Both the position numbers and the translations under genes were made by a program. 53,163 bases of DNA from an uncultured Deferribacteres bacterium. GTDB taxonomy: Bacteria; Zhuqueibacterota; Zhuqueibacteria; Zhuqueibacterales; Geothermadaptataceae. Positions 1 to 9,176 of the stretch are shown one piece after another; positions within the stretch are counted from its first letter, which is position 1, and each line of letters opens with the position of its first letter. The notes beneath the pieces were generated by a model, which was not told where the DNA came from, made no database searches, and was given only the letters and a program-made list of their open reading frames with translations. Where the stretch lies: NCBI GenBank assembly GCA_964014485.1, contig CAXHAT010000025.1, forward strand, positions 1 to 53,163. Reading direction: 5' to 3'.

Positions 1-114
1 CGGGAATCCAGGGGCTGTGCGCGATTGGCTGGATTCCCGCCTGCGCGGGAATGACGTAAAAGCGACGTTTCTCTGGTACTGTTTGAGAAATTTCCAAGAG
101 CGCGTAACATCAGT
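1..114. mobile_element. Right part of ACTGATGTTACGC-ended MITE carrying an ATTCCC..GGGAAT hairpin (truncated by window start)
   Basis: Colinear and highly similar to 12074-12187; ends in GCGTAACATCAGT; contains GGGAATCCAG..CTGGATTCCCGCCTGCGCGGGAATGAC. Confidence 0.8.
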
Positions 115-133
115 GAGTAAATCTCTTCGGAGT

Positions 134-151
134 GCGACGATTCATCGTCGC
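134..151. repeat. Short REP-like hairpin GCGACGATTCATCGTCGC
   Basis: Inverted repeat read directly from the sequence. Confidence 0.45.
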
Positions 152-418
152 GAGTGATGGCAGACCACAATAAAGTGTTGAAGCATTTGAACCCAGAGTT
201 ACTATTCGATTAAGATCGCAAGCGGTTGGTTTGCCGAAAATTTGAATAGATTCTAAGGGAACCGACCGCAAACTTTGGAATGAAACCACTCCCGCTCATA
301 AGCGAGCATACAACATTCAAACGCTGCGAAACGGCGGGTCGGCGCTTGCCGGAATTTGCGAAAGGAAATCCCGCCGATGTTCACGCTTAAAGCCGTCAAT
401 TGACGATTGGAGGACGTG

Positions 419-2323
419 ATGGGACGACTCGATACCAAAACCGCACTGAAACCGAAACAACTGCGCGCTTTCGAAAGCGGCGTCTTGGAAGACTTGCGCG
501 CGCTCGAACACATGCTCGAAAATAACATGTTCGAGAACGACGTCACACGCATCGGCGCCGAGCAGGAGATGTTTTTGATCGATGAGTCTGGCCATCCGGC
601 TCTCTTGGCGATGGAAATCCTGCAAGCGCTTGAAGACGAAGATTTTACGACGGAACTGGGGAAATTTAACATCGAACTCAACCTGCCGCCGTTCACATTG
701 AAGGACAATTGCTTCGGCGAAATCGAAGCTCTCATCCTGCAAAAACTCCACAAAGCGCGTGAAGTCGCCAAGCGATTTGACGCCGATATTCTTTTGACAG
801 GCATTCTCCCCACGTTTAAAAAATCTGATTTTTCCCTGGAAAACATGACCCCAATTCCTCGATACTACGCTTTGGATGAAGCGATCAAGCGGTTGCGCGG
901 CCAAAAAGAATGGGAGATTTTTTTTCGCGGCGCGGATGAACTCTACATGCAACACGACTCCGTCATGCTCGAAGCGGCAAATACCAGTTTTCAAATTCAT
1001 TACCAAGTTCCAGCCGATCGTTTCGCACATTTTTATAATATTGCGCAAGTTGTCGCGGCGCCGGTGTTGGCCGTCTCTACGGGCTCGCCTCTATTTTTGG
1101 GTAAACGATTATGGCACGAAACCAGAATCGCTCTGTTCCAGAGATCGATAGATACGCGTACGCAGGCTTCCGATTTCAGGCGCGCCATGCCGCGCGTCAG
1201 TTTTGGCGGTGGCTGGATCGAGGCGTGCGTAACTGAAATTTATAAAGAAGACATCGCGCGGTTTCGCGTACTTCTCGGCTTGGAAAAGGAAGGCGATCCT
1301 TTTGCGCAGATAAAGCGCGGTGAAGCGCCGAAGCTTAGAGCGCTGCAATTACACAACGGCACGGTATACCGCTGGAATCGTCCATGTTACGGCAGCACGA
1401 ACGACAAGGCGCACCTGCGCATCGAGAATCGTTATATTCCGTCTGGTCCAACCGTCGTGGATGAAGTTGCGAACGCCGCTTTTTGGGCCGGACTGATGAG
1501 CGGGATTTCGACTGAAATCGAAGATGTGAGAAAACGCTTTGAGTTCGATGACGTGAAAACCAACTTTGTCACCGCCGCCCGTCGTGGACTCAGCGCACAA
1601 ATCAGATGGATGCAAAAATCTTCCTCGCCTGTCAGGGAAATCGTCAAAAATGAATTGCTCCCAATTGCAGAAAAAGGCCTGCGAAATATGGCCGTCGATG
1701 ATCGCGACATTCAAAAATACCTGGATATAATTCGTGAGCGCGTTGAAAGCAATCAGGGCGGCGCCACCTGGATGTTGAACTCGTGGCAAAACATCCGAAA
1801 TTCAGGTTCAATGTATGAATGTCTTGGCGTTTTGACGCGGACGCTACACAAGAACCAAATCAAAAACACGCCTGTGCATGAGTGGAAGCTTGCTGAATAC
1901 AAACAAGGAAAAGGCTGGCAGGCGCATTATTCGGCGCTTGAACAATTCATGACGACTGACATCTTTTCATTAAGCAAAGATGACAGCGTCGAACTCGCGT
2001 TGGAGATTATGGAATGGCGACACATTCGGCATATTCCGGTTGAAGACAGCAAGAATCAACTTGTCGGCATGGTCGACTATCGCACGCTGCTGACCATTAT
2101 TCGTGAATTCGGGGCCGGGAGAAAGACTTTTGAGCGCAGTATTGCTTCCGTCATGACTCAAAACGTCCCGACCGCCGCACCGGAAACGTCGACGCGAGAT
2201 GCGATCCGGATGATGAAAAAGCATGGCGTGAGTTGTTTGCCGGTTGTTCGAGACAACGTTTTAGTTGGTTTGATCACCGAACATGATTTCCTGAAAATTG
2301 CAGAGCTGTTTTTTGAAGAGTGA
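419..2323 (+). CDS. Glutamate-cysteine ligase family 2 (GCS2/YbdK-like) protein with C-terminal CBS pair
   Basis: IGAEQE, TELGKFNIELN, SFQIH and RIENRYIP motifs; C-terminal IRHIPVED and VSCLPVV..LVGLIT CBS motifs; GGAGG before ATG 419. Confidence 0.8.
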   Translation: MGRLDTKTALKPKQLRAFESGVLEDLRALEHMLENNMFENDVTRIGAEQEMFLIDESGHPALLAMEILQALEDEDFTTELGKFNIELNLPPFTLKDNCFGEIEALILQKLHKAREVAKRFDADILLTGILPTFKKSDFSLENMTPIPRYYALDEAIKRLRGQKEWEIFFRGADELYMQHDSVMLEAANTSFQIHYQVPADRFAHFYNIAQVVAAPVLAVSTGSPLFLGKRLWHETRIALFQRSIDTRTQASDFRRAMPRVSFGGGWIEACVTEIYKEDIARFRVLLGLEKEGDPFAQIKRGEAPKLRALQLHNGTVYRWNRPCYGSTNDKAHLRIENRYIPSGPTVVDEVANAAFWAGLMSGISTEIEDVRKRFEFDDVKTNFVTAARRGLSAQIRWMQKSSSPVREIVKNELLPIAEKGLRNMAVDDRDIQKYLDIIRERVESNQGGATWMLNSWQNIRNSGSMYECLGVLTRTLHKNQIKNTPVHEWKLAEYKQGKGWQAHYSALEQFMTTDIFSLSKDDSVELALEIMEWRHIRHIPVEDSKNQLVGMVDYRTLLTIIREFGAGRKTFERSIASVMTQNVPTAAPETSTRDAIRMMKKHGVSCLPVVRDNVLVGLITEHDFLKIAELFFEE

Positions 2324-3098
2324 ACGAAAACTGAAAAAAATACTTCTTCGAATTTTTCTTATTCTTGCCGGTCTGCTCACTTTATATATCTTGGGGGTGA
2401 TGCTCGTGTTGCGATTCCCGCAGTTCCGCTTTCCGTACAAATTGGAACATCGAAATTTTCGGGTGTTTTCTGAGGCCGAGATTCCTCTGGAATTCACGCA
2501 AACACTGGATGACGTCTGGTTACGCACCCAACGCATGGAAATTCGAGAAGCAGGAAAAGAACACCGCATTTTTCTTTGCACGAATGAATCGACTTACGCT
2601 TTTTTTGCTTCCCTGGTCAAGCTTGGAGCAAATTCACAAGGCTTCAATGTCGAGTTTGTCAGCAATATTTTCATTTCGCTCCCGTTCATCGAACGCGTCC
2701 GCAAAAGGCGTGACGGCGATTTCCCCAACACAATCTTGGCAGGCAATCCGGCGCACATCATTGCCTACGAAATCGCGCACACTTTTATTAGCGCAAAGCT
2801 CGGCATGTTTGCAGCGCGCAAACTTCCTGTTTGGAAGCGCGAAGGCTATGCCGAATATACAGCAGCGAAGGCGAAATATGGCGGCATGAACCCGCTCCTG
2901 CAAAAGTCCCGGCAAATTCTTGCCCCGCGTTTTTTGGCTGGCAATCCGATTCGACGCGATTATATTCGAGGTCAGTTGTTTATGGCGTGGCTAAACGACG
3001 TTCAAAAAATGAGTTTTGAAGAGGTCATGCATTCGGAAAAAGCCGTATCTGAAATTGCAACTGAACTCAATTTGTGGCGGCAAAAATCGGAGGAGTGA
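2298..3098 (+). CDS. Membrane-anchored zincin-like protein with variant motif YEIAH (start uncertain)
   Basis: N-terminal TM helix; IIAYEIAH..LPVWKREGYAEY resembles HExxH..E. Confidence 0.65.
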   Translation: MQSCFLKSERKLKKILLRIFLILAGLLTLYILGVMLVLRFPQFRFPYKLEHRNFRVFSEAEIPLEFTQTLDDVWLRTQRMEIREAGKEHRIFLCTNESTYAFFASLVKLGANSQGFNVEFVSNIFISLPFIERVRKRRDGDFPNTILAGNPAHIIAYEIAHTFISAKLGMFAARKLPVWKREGYAEYTAAKAKYGGMNPLLQKSRQILAPRFLAGNPIRRDYIRGQLFMAWLNDVQKMSFEEVMHSEKAVSEIATELNLWRQKSEE

Positions 3099-3101
3099 AA
3101 G

Positions 3102-3422
3102 GTGAGCATCGTTCGACAGGCAATGGAGCCGTATGCGAAAGGATCAAATAACCGCCTTGCGGGCTTTTTTCTCATTGTTGGCTTGGCGACGGCGGGGATA
3201 ACGGCAATCTATTTTTACGCTTTTGCACGCCATCATCTCGATAATTTGGCGTTACGCTACCTGATCTCAATTTTCCTGCTCGCTCTCGGCGGCATATTCA
3301 TTATTCTGACGATTCGCGCAAAGGATGATTACGCTAAGATTGGCTTGGTCGCGCTTGCCGTTTTCCTCATCTTCGGCGCTGTCATCAGTTTTGTTGTGAC
3401 GCTGATTCTGCTTGCCATTTAG
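3102..3422 (+). CDS. Small hypothetical membrane protein (about 3 TM)
   Basis: Three hydrophobic segments; 3-nt gap after the upstream stop codon. Confidence 0.65.
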   Translation: MSIVRQAMEPYAKGSNNRLAGFFLIVGLATAGITAIYFYAFARHHLDNLALRYLISIFLLALGGIFIILTIRAKDDYAKIGLVALAVFLIFGAVISFVVTLILLAI

Positions 3423-3464
3423 CTGCACAGACGCCGGGTTGCGAGCGAGAAGGAGAGCTTCATC

Positions 3465-5030
3465 ATGAAAAAGACGTTAAAGGTTTTTTCTCTTGTCGTT
3501 CTGATCTTAATAATCGTTGGATTTGTTTGGGCTTATCAGAATGTGCGCGACCGGCATCCCGACTATTCTCTCGATTTGAATTTGAAAAGTGAGCAGCCGG
3601 GCGAATTCAAAGCCGGATTTGCTGCGTTTCCAATTACGCCGAAAATTGAAGACGTCTGGACGGACGCGAACAATGACGCTAAATTTGACCCCGATGACGG
3701 GGATACATTTCAAGACCTCAACGGTAACGGCGAATTTGACGCCTACTGGATTGCCGGTTTCGATAATGCACGCGCAGCCAACGGCGTTCACGATGACCTT
3801 TGGGCTCGCGTTGTTGTTGTGGACAACGGGCAGGCGCGGATCGCCATCGTTTCGCTCGACGTTGTCGGCTTCGGCCATGACGACGTTGTTGACGTGCGAA
3901 AAAGAATCCCTGCCTCTGCCGGAGTTGATTATACGTTGATTTCTGCAACCCACGTTCACGAAGCGGTCGATCTTGTTGGGATTTGGGGAGAAAGCCAATT
4001 TGAGAGCGGCGTGAATCCGGAATACATGGATTTTGTGCAACAGCAAATCGCAGACGCCGTGACTCATGCTGCGAAAAACTTGCGTCCGGCGAAACTACGC
4101 TTTGCGCAAGACTTAACCGGCGCTGATCCTTACGTCACGGACAGCCGTCCCCCGTTCATCAAAGATCCTGGATTACGTTTGATGCACGCTGTCGACGCCG
4201 AGAGCGACACGACGTTGGGCGTTTTGGTCGCCTGGGCCAACCACCCCGAAACATTGTGGTCAAAAAACTTGCTCCTGAGCTCGGATTTCCCGCACTACAT
4301 TCGCGAAGGACTGGAAAAAGGCGTGTACAATGGCGAGACTTTGCATATGGCCGGACTTGGCGGGACGGCGGTTTACATCAACGGCGCTATTGGCGGGCTT
4401 ATGACGACCGATCCGGATTTGGGCATAAAAGACCCGTTCTCCGACCAGGAATTTTTCGAACCGTCCTTTGAAAAAATAAAAGCGCAGGGCGATCAAATCG
4501 CGATGTTGGCATTGAATGCATTGCGCGGAGAAGGCGTTGTTGAAATCGAGAACGGCAGAATAAATTTGCTGGCAAAAACGCTCGATTTACCTCTGGAAAA
4601 CAAGAATTTCCGTTTAGCGTCATTACTTGGCGTTTTGGATCGAGGGATGGCGGGGTGGTTCAAAATGCGGACGGAAATCGCAGCTTTTGAAATTGGACCA
4701 GCCAGTTTTTTGAGCGTTCCAGGAGAAATTTATCCGGAAATAATCAACGGCGGCATTGAAGCGCCTGAAGGCCAGGATTTTGAAACCGAGCCGGTTGAAA
4801 CGCCGCCGTTGCGATCTTTGATGCAGGGCGAATTTAAATTTGTGATCGGGCTGGGAAACGATTTACTCGGCTATATCATTCCGCGCAGTGAATGGGACGA
4901 AGAAGCGCCGTTTATTTATGATTTGCCGAATTCGCCGTACGGAGAAATCAATTCCGTCGGCCCGGACACGGCGCCGCTGCTGCATGCCGCGATGAAAGAA
5001 TTGCTGCTCGAACTGTCGGAGAAGCCGTGA
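3465..5030 (+). CDS. Neutral/alkaline ceramidase-like membrane-anchored hydrolase
   Basis: GVHDDLWAR, SATHVH, ANHPE, VPGEIYPE and LGNDLLGYI motifs; DxNxDx/DxNGNG Ca-binding-like loops; AGGAG RBS. Confidence 0.75.
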   Translation: MKKTLKVFSLVVLILIIVGFVWAYQNVRDRHPDYSLDLNLKSEQPGEFKAGFAAFPITPKIEDVWTDANNDAKFDPDDGDTFQDLNGNGEFDAYWIAGFDNARAANGVHDDLWARVVVVDNGQARIAIVSLDVVGFGHDDVVDVRKRIPASAGVDYTLISATHVHEAVDLVGIWGESQFESGVNPEYMDFVQQQIADAVTHAAKNLRPAKLRFAQDLTGADPYVTDSRPPFIKDPGLRLMHAVDAESDTTLGVLVAWANHPETLWSKNLLLSSDFPHYIREGLEKGVYNGETLHMAGLGGTAVYINGAIGGLMTTDPDLGIKDPFSDQEFFEPSFEKIKAQGDQIAMLALNALRGEGVVEIENGRINLLAKTLDLPLENKNFRLASLLGVLDRGMAGWFKMRTEIAAFEIGPASFLSVPGEIYPEIINGGIEAPEGQDFETEPVETPPLRSLMQGEFKFVIGLGNDLLGYIIPRSEWDEEAPFIYDLPNSPYGEINSVGPDTAPLLHAAMKELLLELSEKP

Positions 5031-5800
5031 TACGCGAGCACCTTTTTCACAAGCGCCTGGGCGCCGACCCGCTTTTTCGCTGGCGCGGCGGCGAGATTTC
5101 GCGCATGGAAGGGCTGTCAGACGGCGTTTTTGCCGTGACGCTGACCTTGCTCGCTTTTTCCTTGAACACGCCAAAAACATTCTATGAACTTTGGTTAACG
5201 ATCAAAGAAATTCCCGCGTTTCTCGTTTGCTTTTTTATTCTGATGCGATTGTGGCGCTACCATTTTCTGTTTTTTCGCCGCTACGGTCTGGACGACGCCT
5301 TGACTTCTTTCTTAAACAGCGCCTTGCTGTTTTTCGTTCTCTGTTGCGCCTATCCGCTCAAATTTTTAGTGACATTCATTTGGAAACTGATTCTCCGAGA
5401 AGACGTGCAGTTCATGTTCTCGGTTCCAGAAGGCGTTGCGCAAGAATTTGGTCTGTTTTTTCAACGAGCGGGAATGCTCTACTTTTTTGGCTTTGGCGTA
5501 CTTTGCGTTTTCGCCGTGCTGGCTTTGATGCTATGGCGGGCCTTTGCTTTGCGAGAAAGATTGCAGCTCGATAAATTGGAACGCTTTCTAACGATTGCTT
5601 CGCTGCGTTCTCATTTGATCACGCTGTGTGTCGCCGTGATCTCTTTGGTTGTTCTGGCAAGCGGCGCGCAGCCGGGAATTGCCGGGGTGGTTTACTTCGC
5701 GCTTTTTTTCATTCATCCGACACATCATATTTTAAACAAATTGACTATTGCTAAAATTGCGCGAGAACTGAAGTTGGATGAACGTCCGGCATTGGCCTAA
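5027..5800 (+). CDS. TMEM175 family (DUF1211) potassium channel-like protein
   Basis: RMEGLSDGVFAVTLTLL matches the RxExFSDGVFAI signature; about 6 TM; GTGA overlap with upstream gene. Confidence 0.8.
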   Translation: MIREHLFHKRLGADPLFRWRGGEISRMEGLSDGVFAVTLTLLAFSLNTPKTFYELWLTIKEIPAFLVCFFILMRLWRYHFLFFRRYGLDDALTSFLNSALLFFVLCCAYPLKFLVTFIWKLILREDVQFMFSVPEGVAQEFGLFFQRAGMLYFFGFGVLCVFAVLALMLWRAFALRERLQLDKLERFLTIASLRSHLITLCVAVISLVVLASGAQPGIAGVVYFALFFIHPTHHILNKLTIAKIARELKLDERPALA

Positions 5801-5861
5801 TGCTTATAACAAAAATCCGAGGTTTCAGCGTTGAAGTTCGGCTGATTGCTCGGATTTCAGG

Positions 5862-5889
5862 GTAGAGACGCGATGCATCGCGTCTCTAC
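5862..5889. repeat. GTAG-type REP palindrome GTAGAGACGCGATGCATCGCGTCTCTAC
   Basis: Perfect 28-bp palindrome; degenerate copy at 49392-49419. Confidence 0.8.
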
Positions 5890-5902
5890 GATCTATTTAT
5901 TA

Positions 5903-6127
5903 ACTGATGTTACGCGATAGCCGTGACGCCGTAGAAACTCTCGTAAAAGTCATTCCCGTTCAGGCGGGAATCCAGAAAATAGTGCACTGCCCCTGGATTC
6001 CTGCCTGCGCAGGAATGACCTTGAAAAACGTTTTTTGGGGCCAAACAGCTCTATTTCCAATTGCAACATTCGACTCGGCTGGAAACCAATCTACGACAGG
6101 CATTATTGGTAAGCGCGTAACATCAAT
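5903..6127. mobile_element. ACTGATGTTACGC-ended MITE with GTCATTCCC..GGAATGAC hairpin
   Basis: Ends ACTGATGTTACGCG and CGCGTAACATCAAT; left arm similar to those at 11859 and 53083. Confidence 0.8.
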
Positions 6128-6140
6128 TATTAAACACAAA

Positions 6141-7190
6141 TTACTCAAAAAGCTTGGCGTATTTTTCATAGCCTTCTGTGCGCAAATCTTCTTTCGGGAT
6201 AAAACGCAACGAGGCCGAATTGATGCAATAGCGCAAACCAGTTGGACGCGGGCCGTCATTGAACACATGTCCCAGGTGCGAATCGGCGTTTTTGCTGCGC
6301 ACTTCAACGCGCACCATGCCGTGCGAACGGTCGGTTTTCTCAATCACGTTTTCCGTTACCAGGGGGCGGGTGAAGCTCGGCCAGCCTGTACCGGATTTGA
6401 ACTTGTCTTTCGAGCTAAAAAGCGGCTCGCCGGAAACAACGTCCACGTAAAGCCCTTCCTTTTTATTGTCCCAGTACTCGTTGGCAAATGCTCGTTCGGT
6501 GCCGTCTTCCTGCGTGACGTAGTACTGCAAGTCAGTCAGTCTTTTTCGGATTTCGTCTTGCGACGGTTTATTGAAAGTTGTTTTTGAGTCCATTTTGTCG
6601 CCCCAATATTTTTTGATAAACGCGTCTCGTCCGGAGCCTTTGCGATAGCGATTGTAGTGCTCCGGATTTTTTTTGTAGTAGTCCTGATGATATTCTTCCG
6701 CTTTGTAGAAAGTCGTCGCCGGGCGGATAGTCGTTACGATTGGCTTATCGAAACGACCGGATTTTTCCAGTGCGCTCTTGGATTTTTCCGCAATTGCTTT
6801 TTGCTCATCACTGTGATAAAAAATGGCGGAAGTGTACTGGCAGCCGCGATCGTAAAATGAGCCGCCTTCGTCCGTTGGGTCAAATTGCATCCAGAAAATC
6901 TCAACAAGTTCAGTGTAGGAAATAACTTCCGGATCAAATGTGATTTCCACCGATTCGATATGCTTGGTTTGCCCGGAGGCGACTTGTTTATAATTGGGGT
7001 TTTTGATTTCCCCGCCGATATAGCCGGAAACGGCGCGCTTCACGCCTTTGACTTTATCAAACGGCGCTTCGATGCACCAAAAGCATCCCCCGGCAAAGGT
7101 CGCCTTTTCTAAATTGGCATTGCTTGCAAAACAACTAAAACTGTAGGCAACCATAGCGGTTGCGGCGGCGATTAAGGTGATTTTTTTCAT
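6141..7190 (-). CDS. msrAB: Secreted bifunctional methionine sulfoxide reductase MsrA/MsrB
   Basis: GGCFWC (MsrA); [14 protein letters not shown] and RYCINS (MsrB); signal peptide; GAGGAG RBS before ATG 7190. Confidence 0.95.
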   Translation of the reverse strand: MKKITLIAAATAMVAYSFSCFASNANLEKATFAGGCFWCIEAPFDKVKGVKRAVSGYIGGEIKNPNYKQVASGQTKHIESVEITFDPEVISYTELVEIFWMQFDPTDEGGSFYDRGCQYTSAIFYHSDEQKAIAEKSKSALEKSGRFDKPIVTTIRPATTFYKAEEYHQDYYKKNPEHYNRYRKGSGRDAFIKKYWGDKMDSKTTFNKPSQDEIRKRLTDLQYYVTQEDGTERAFANEYWDNKKEGLYVDVVSGEPLFSSKDKFKSGTGWPSFTRPLVTENVIEKTDRSHGMVRVEVRSKNADSHLGHVFNDGPRPTGLRYCINSASLRFIPKEDLRTEGYEKYAKLFE

Positions 7191-7431
7191 GTTTCTCCTC
7201 AGTTTGTTAACGATTCGCCCCAAGAACATCGAGAAAATAGCGTTTTATTTCAAAGTATTTTGTTGAGATTGAAATTTGATACTTTCGTGATAAAATTCGC
7301 AACATGGCCCTACTTAAAAATTAGTAGAAAGCGCTTGTGTTTGAAGAACAGCGTTCTATTTTATTGCTCATGCCTGTAACCGCGGGGGCGTTAACAAAGT
7401 CTGCACGTAATAGTCGCCCTGAAATTTTTAA

Positions 7432-7459
7432 GAACCAAACGCTTACTGTTGCAGTCTAA
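7432..7459 (+). promoter_or_regulatory. Candidate ECF-sigma promoter GAACCA-N17-TCTAA
   Basis: Resembles sigmaE-type GAACTT-N16/17-TCT(G/A)A, upstream of the efflux operon. Confidence 0.4.
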
Positions 7460-7581
7460 CGTTTTATACATGCTCAATTTGCCTGGAGCTAATGACTGCA
7501 CCCAACTGTTTTGTAGCTCCTTTAGCGTTCTGTCTTTCCACAAATATTCGATTGGTTGACCCAAGCTTAGGAAGTCCTCGT

Positions 7582-9093
7582 ATGTTTCGCAAGGTTTGTT
7601 TTCCGGGATTAGTGCTTTGTTTGCTGAGTTTCACAAACGCACCGAATGAAAACAATGATCGATGGGCCGTCGTGAAAAAAGGCGATCTTGAAATTAATCT
7701 TACGGAAAAAGGGGAGATCAGCGCGGTCAAAAGTACGCTCGTTTCTGCGCCGCCCATGTGGACTGTGGAATTGCAGATCACTGATCTTGCGCCGGAAGGC
7801 AGCTTTGTCGATTCTGGCGACGTTCTTGTCCGATTCGATCAATCCGCTCTTTTAAGCAAGCTTGAAGAAGAGCAAACAAAGCTGGAAGAAGGTCAGGCGG
7901 AACTGAAAAAAATGCTCGTTGAGCAGCAGGGCGAAATCGCCGGTCTGGAGCGTGATCTGGAAATGGCCAAGTATTCGATGCAAATTGCCGAGTTGCAAGT
8001 TGAGCAGTTGAAATTCGAATCCGAGGTGAGGCGAGACGAGGGAAAACTCGATTTCTTGAAAGCCGAGATCGCGCTCAAAGAAGCTGGAACCAAGCTTGAA
8101 TCACAGAAAATTATCAACAAATCGAATCGGCAGAAGCAAGAACTGAAAATCCTGCAAGCGCAGGGAGAAGTGAACAAAATTCAGCGCGACCTCGATAGAT
8201 TCACGCTTTATGCGCCGTTGAGCGGCATGGTCGTTTATCACACCGATTGGAGCGGGAACAAGCCGCAGCTTGGCGCTAAAATGAACCCGGGGATGGGCGT
8301 CATTCAACTGCCCGATCTTTCAAAAATGCAGGTGAAAATTCGCATCAACGAAGTGGACGCCCGCAAGCTGAAAGAACAACAAACCGCTGTGCTCCGCCTG
8401 GAAGCCTACCCGGAGAATGAATTTACCGCTGCCGTCAAATCTTCCAACATCATTGCCGAAGCGCGCGAACGCCGCAGCCAGGTGCGCGTGTTTGACGCAT
8501 TTTTGGAAATTGCCGAGACGGACACACTGCTAAAACCGGGGATGACGGCCAAAGTGAATATTTCCACCGCATCGATTCCGAACACAAATATAATCCCGGC
8601 GGGCTGTCTTTTCGAAATTGACGGCGAAGCGGTTGTTTTTACCAGGAATTCGCCTTCAAAACCCCGAACAGTGAAAGTGCTTGGACGAAATGATTTTTAC
8701 GCTGCGGTCGAAGGCGTCGAGGAAGGAACGGAAATCAGCTTGCGAGCCGGGAATGCCAAGGCCAAACCGTTTGGTTATGCGAATTTCATGCGTCATGTTC
8801 GCCCGCCTTCGGAGGCGCGGGAAGCGTTTTTTACTGAAATGGAAAAGCGGAATTTGAGCTTTGATTACGAAGAATTTCGCAATCGTCCGCCTGAGCCTCC
8901 CGGAGGGGCGCCTGGCGGCATGAAAGCGATGCTCAAAAAATTCGGCTTTCCCGGCGGTGAAATGAAGGCGGAAGGCGGCAAAATCACAATCTCGCCCGGA
9001 GACTTGAAGAATCTGAAATCCACTGTGGTGAAGATTGACTCGAGTCAGGCGAAGGGGGATTCTCTAAAGAAGAAGGTTGGAAGTAAGAAGTGA
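7582..9093 (+). CDS. Efflux periplasmic adaptor (HlyD/MacA-like) 1 with C-terminal extension
   Basis: LAPEGSFV..GDVLVRFD, long coiled coil, APLSGMV, INEVD and LKPGMTA. Confidence 0.9.
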   Translation: MFRKVCFPGLVLCLLSFTNAPNENNDRWAVVKKGDLEINLTEKGEISAVKSTLVSAPPMWTVELQITDLAPEGSFVDSGDVLVRFDQSALLSKLEEEQTKLEEGQAELKKMLVEQQGEIAGLERDLEMAKYSMQIAELQVEQLKFESEVRRDEGKLDFLKAEIALKEAGTKLESQKIINKSNRQKQELKILQAQGEVNKIQRDLDRFTLYAPLSGMVVYHTDWSGNKPQLGAKMNPGMGVIQLPDLSKMQVKIRINEVDARKLKEQQTAVLRLEAYPENEFTAAVKSSNIIAEARERRSQVRVFDAFLEIAETDTLLKPGMTAKVNISTASIPNTNIIPAGCLFEIDGEAVVFTRNSPSKPRTVKVLGRNDFYAAVEGVEEGTEISLRAGNAKAKPFGYANFMRHVRPPSEAREAFFTEMEKRNLSFDYEEFRNRPPEPPGGAPGGMKAMLKKFGFPGGEMKAEGGKITISPGDLKNLKSTVVKIDSSQAKGDSLKKKVGSKK

Positions 9094-9176
9094 TTAGAAG
9101 TTAGTTGTGAGTCGCTTATGAAGCGGTTCTCTAATCACAATTGACTGATCACTATTTACTGAAAGAGGAGCAAACC

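Noticed and set aside
152..406. Riboswitch or ncRNA upstream of GCS2-CBS
   Set aside because: Some inverted repeats are present, but I recognised no family consensus; an Rfam search is needed
253..1048. Minus-strand ORFs of 197 and 243 aa
   Set aside because: Antisense to the GCS2-CBS gene; no motifs
5907..6587. 226-aa ORF containing VIPVQAGIQ/WIPACAGMT
   Set aside because: Translation of the palindromic repeat running antisense into msrAB
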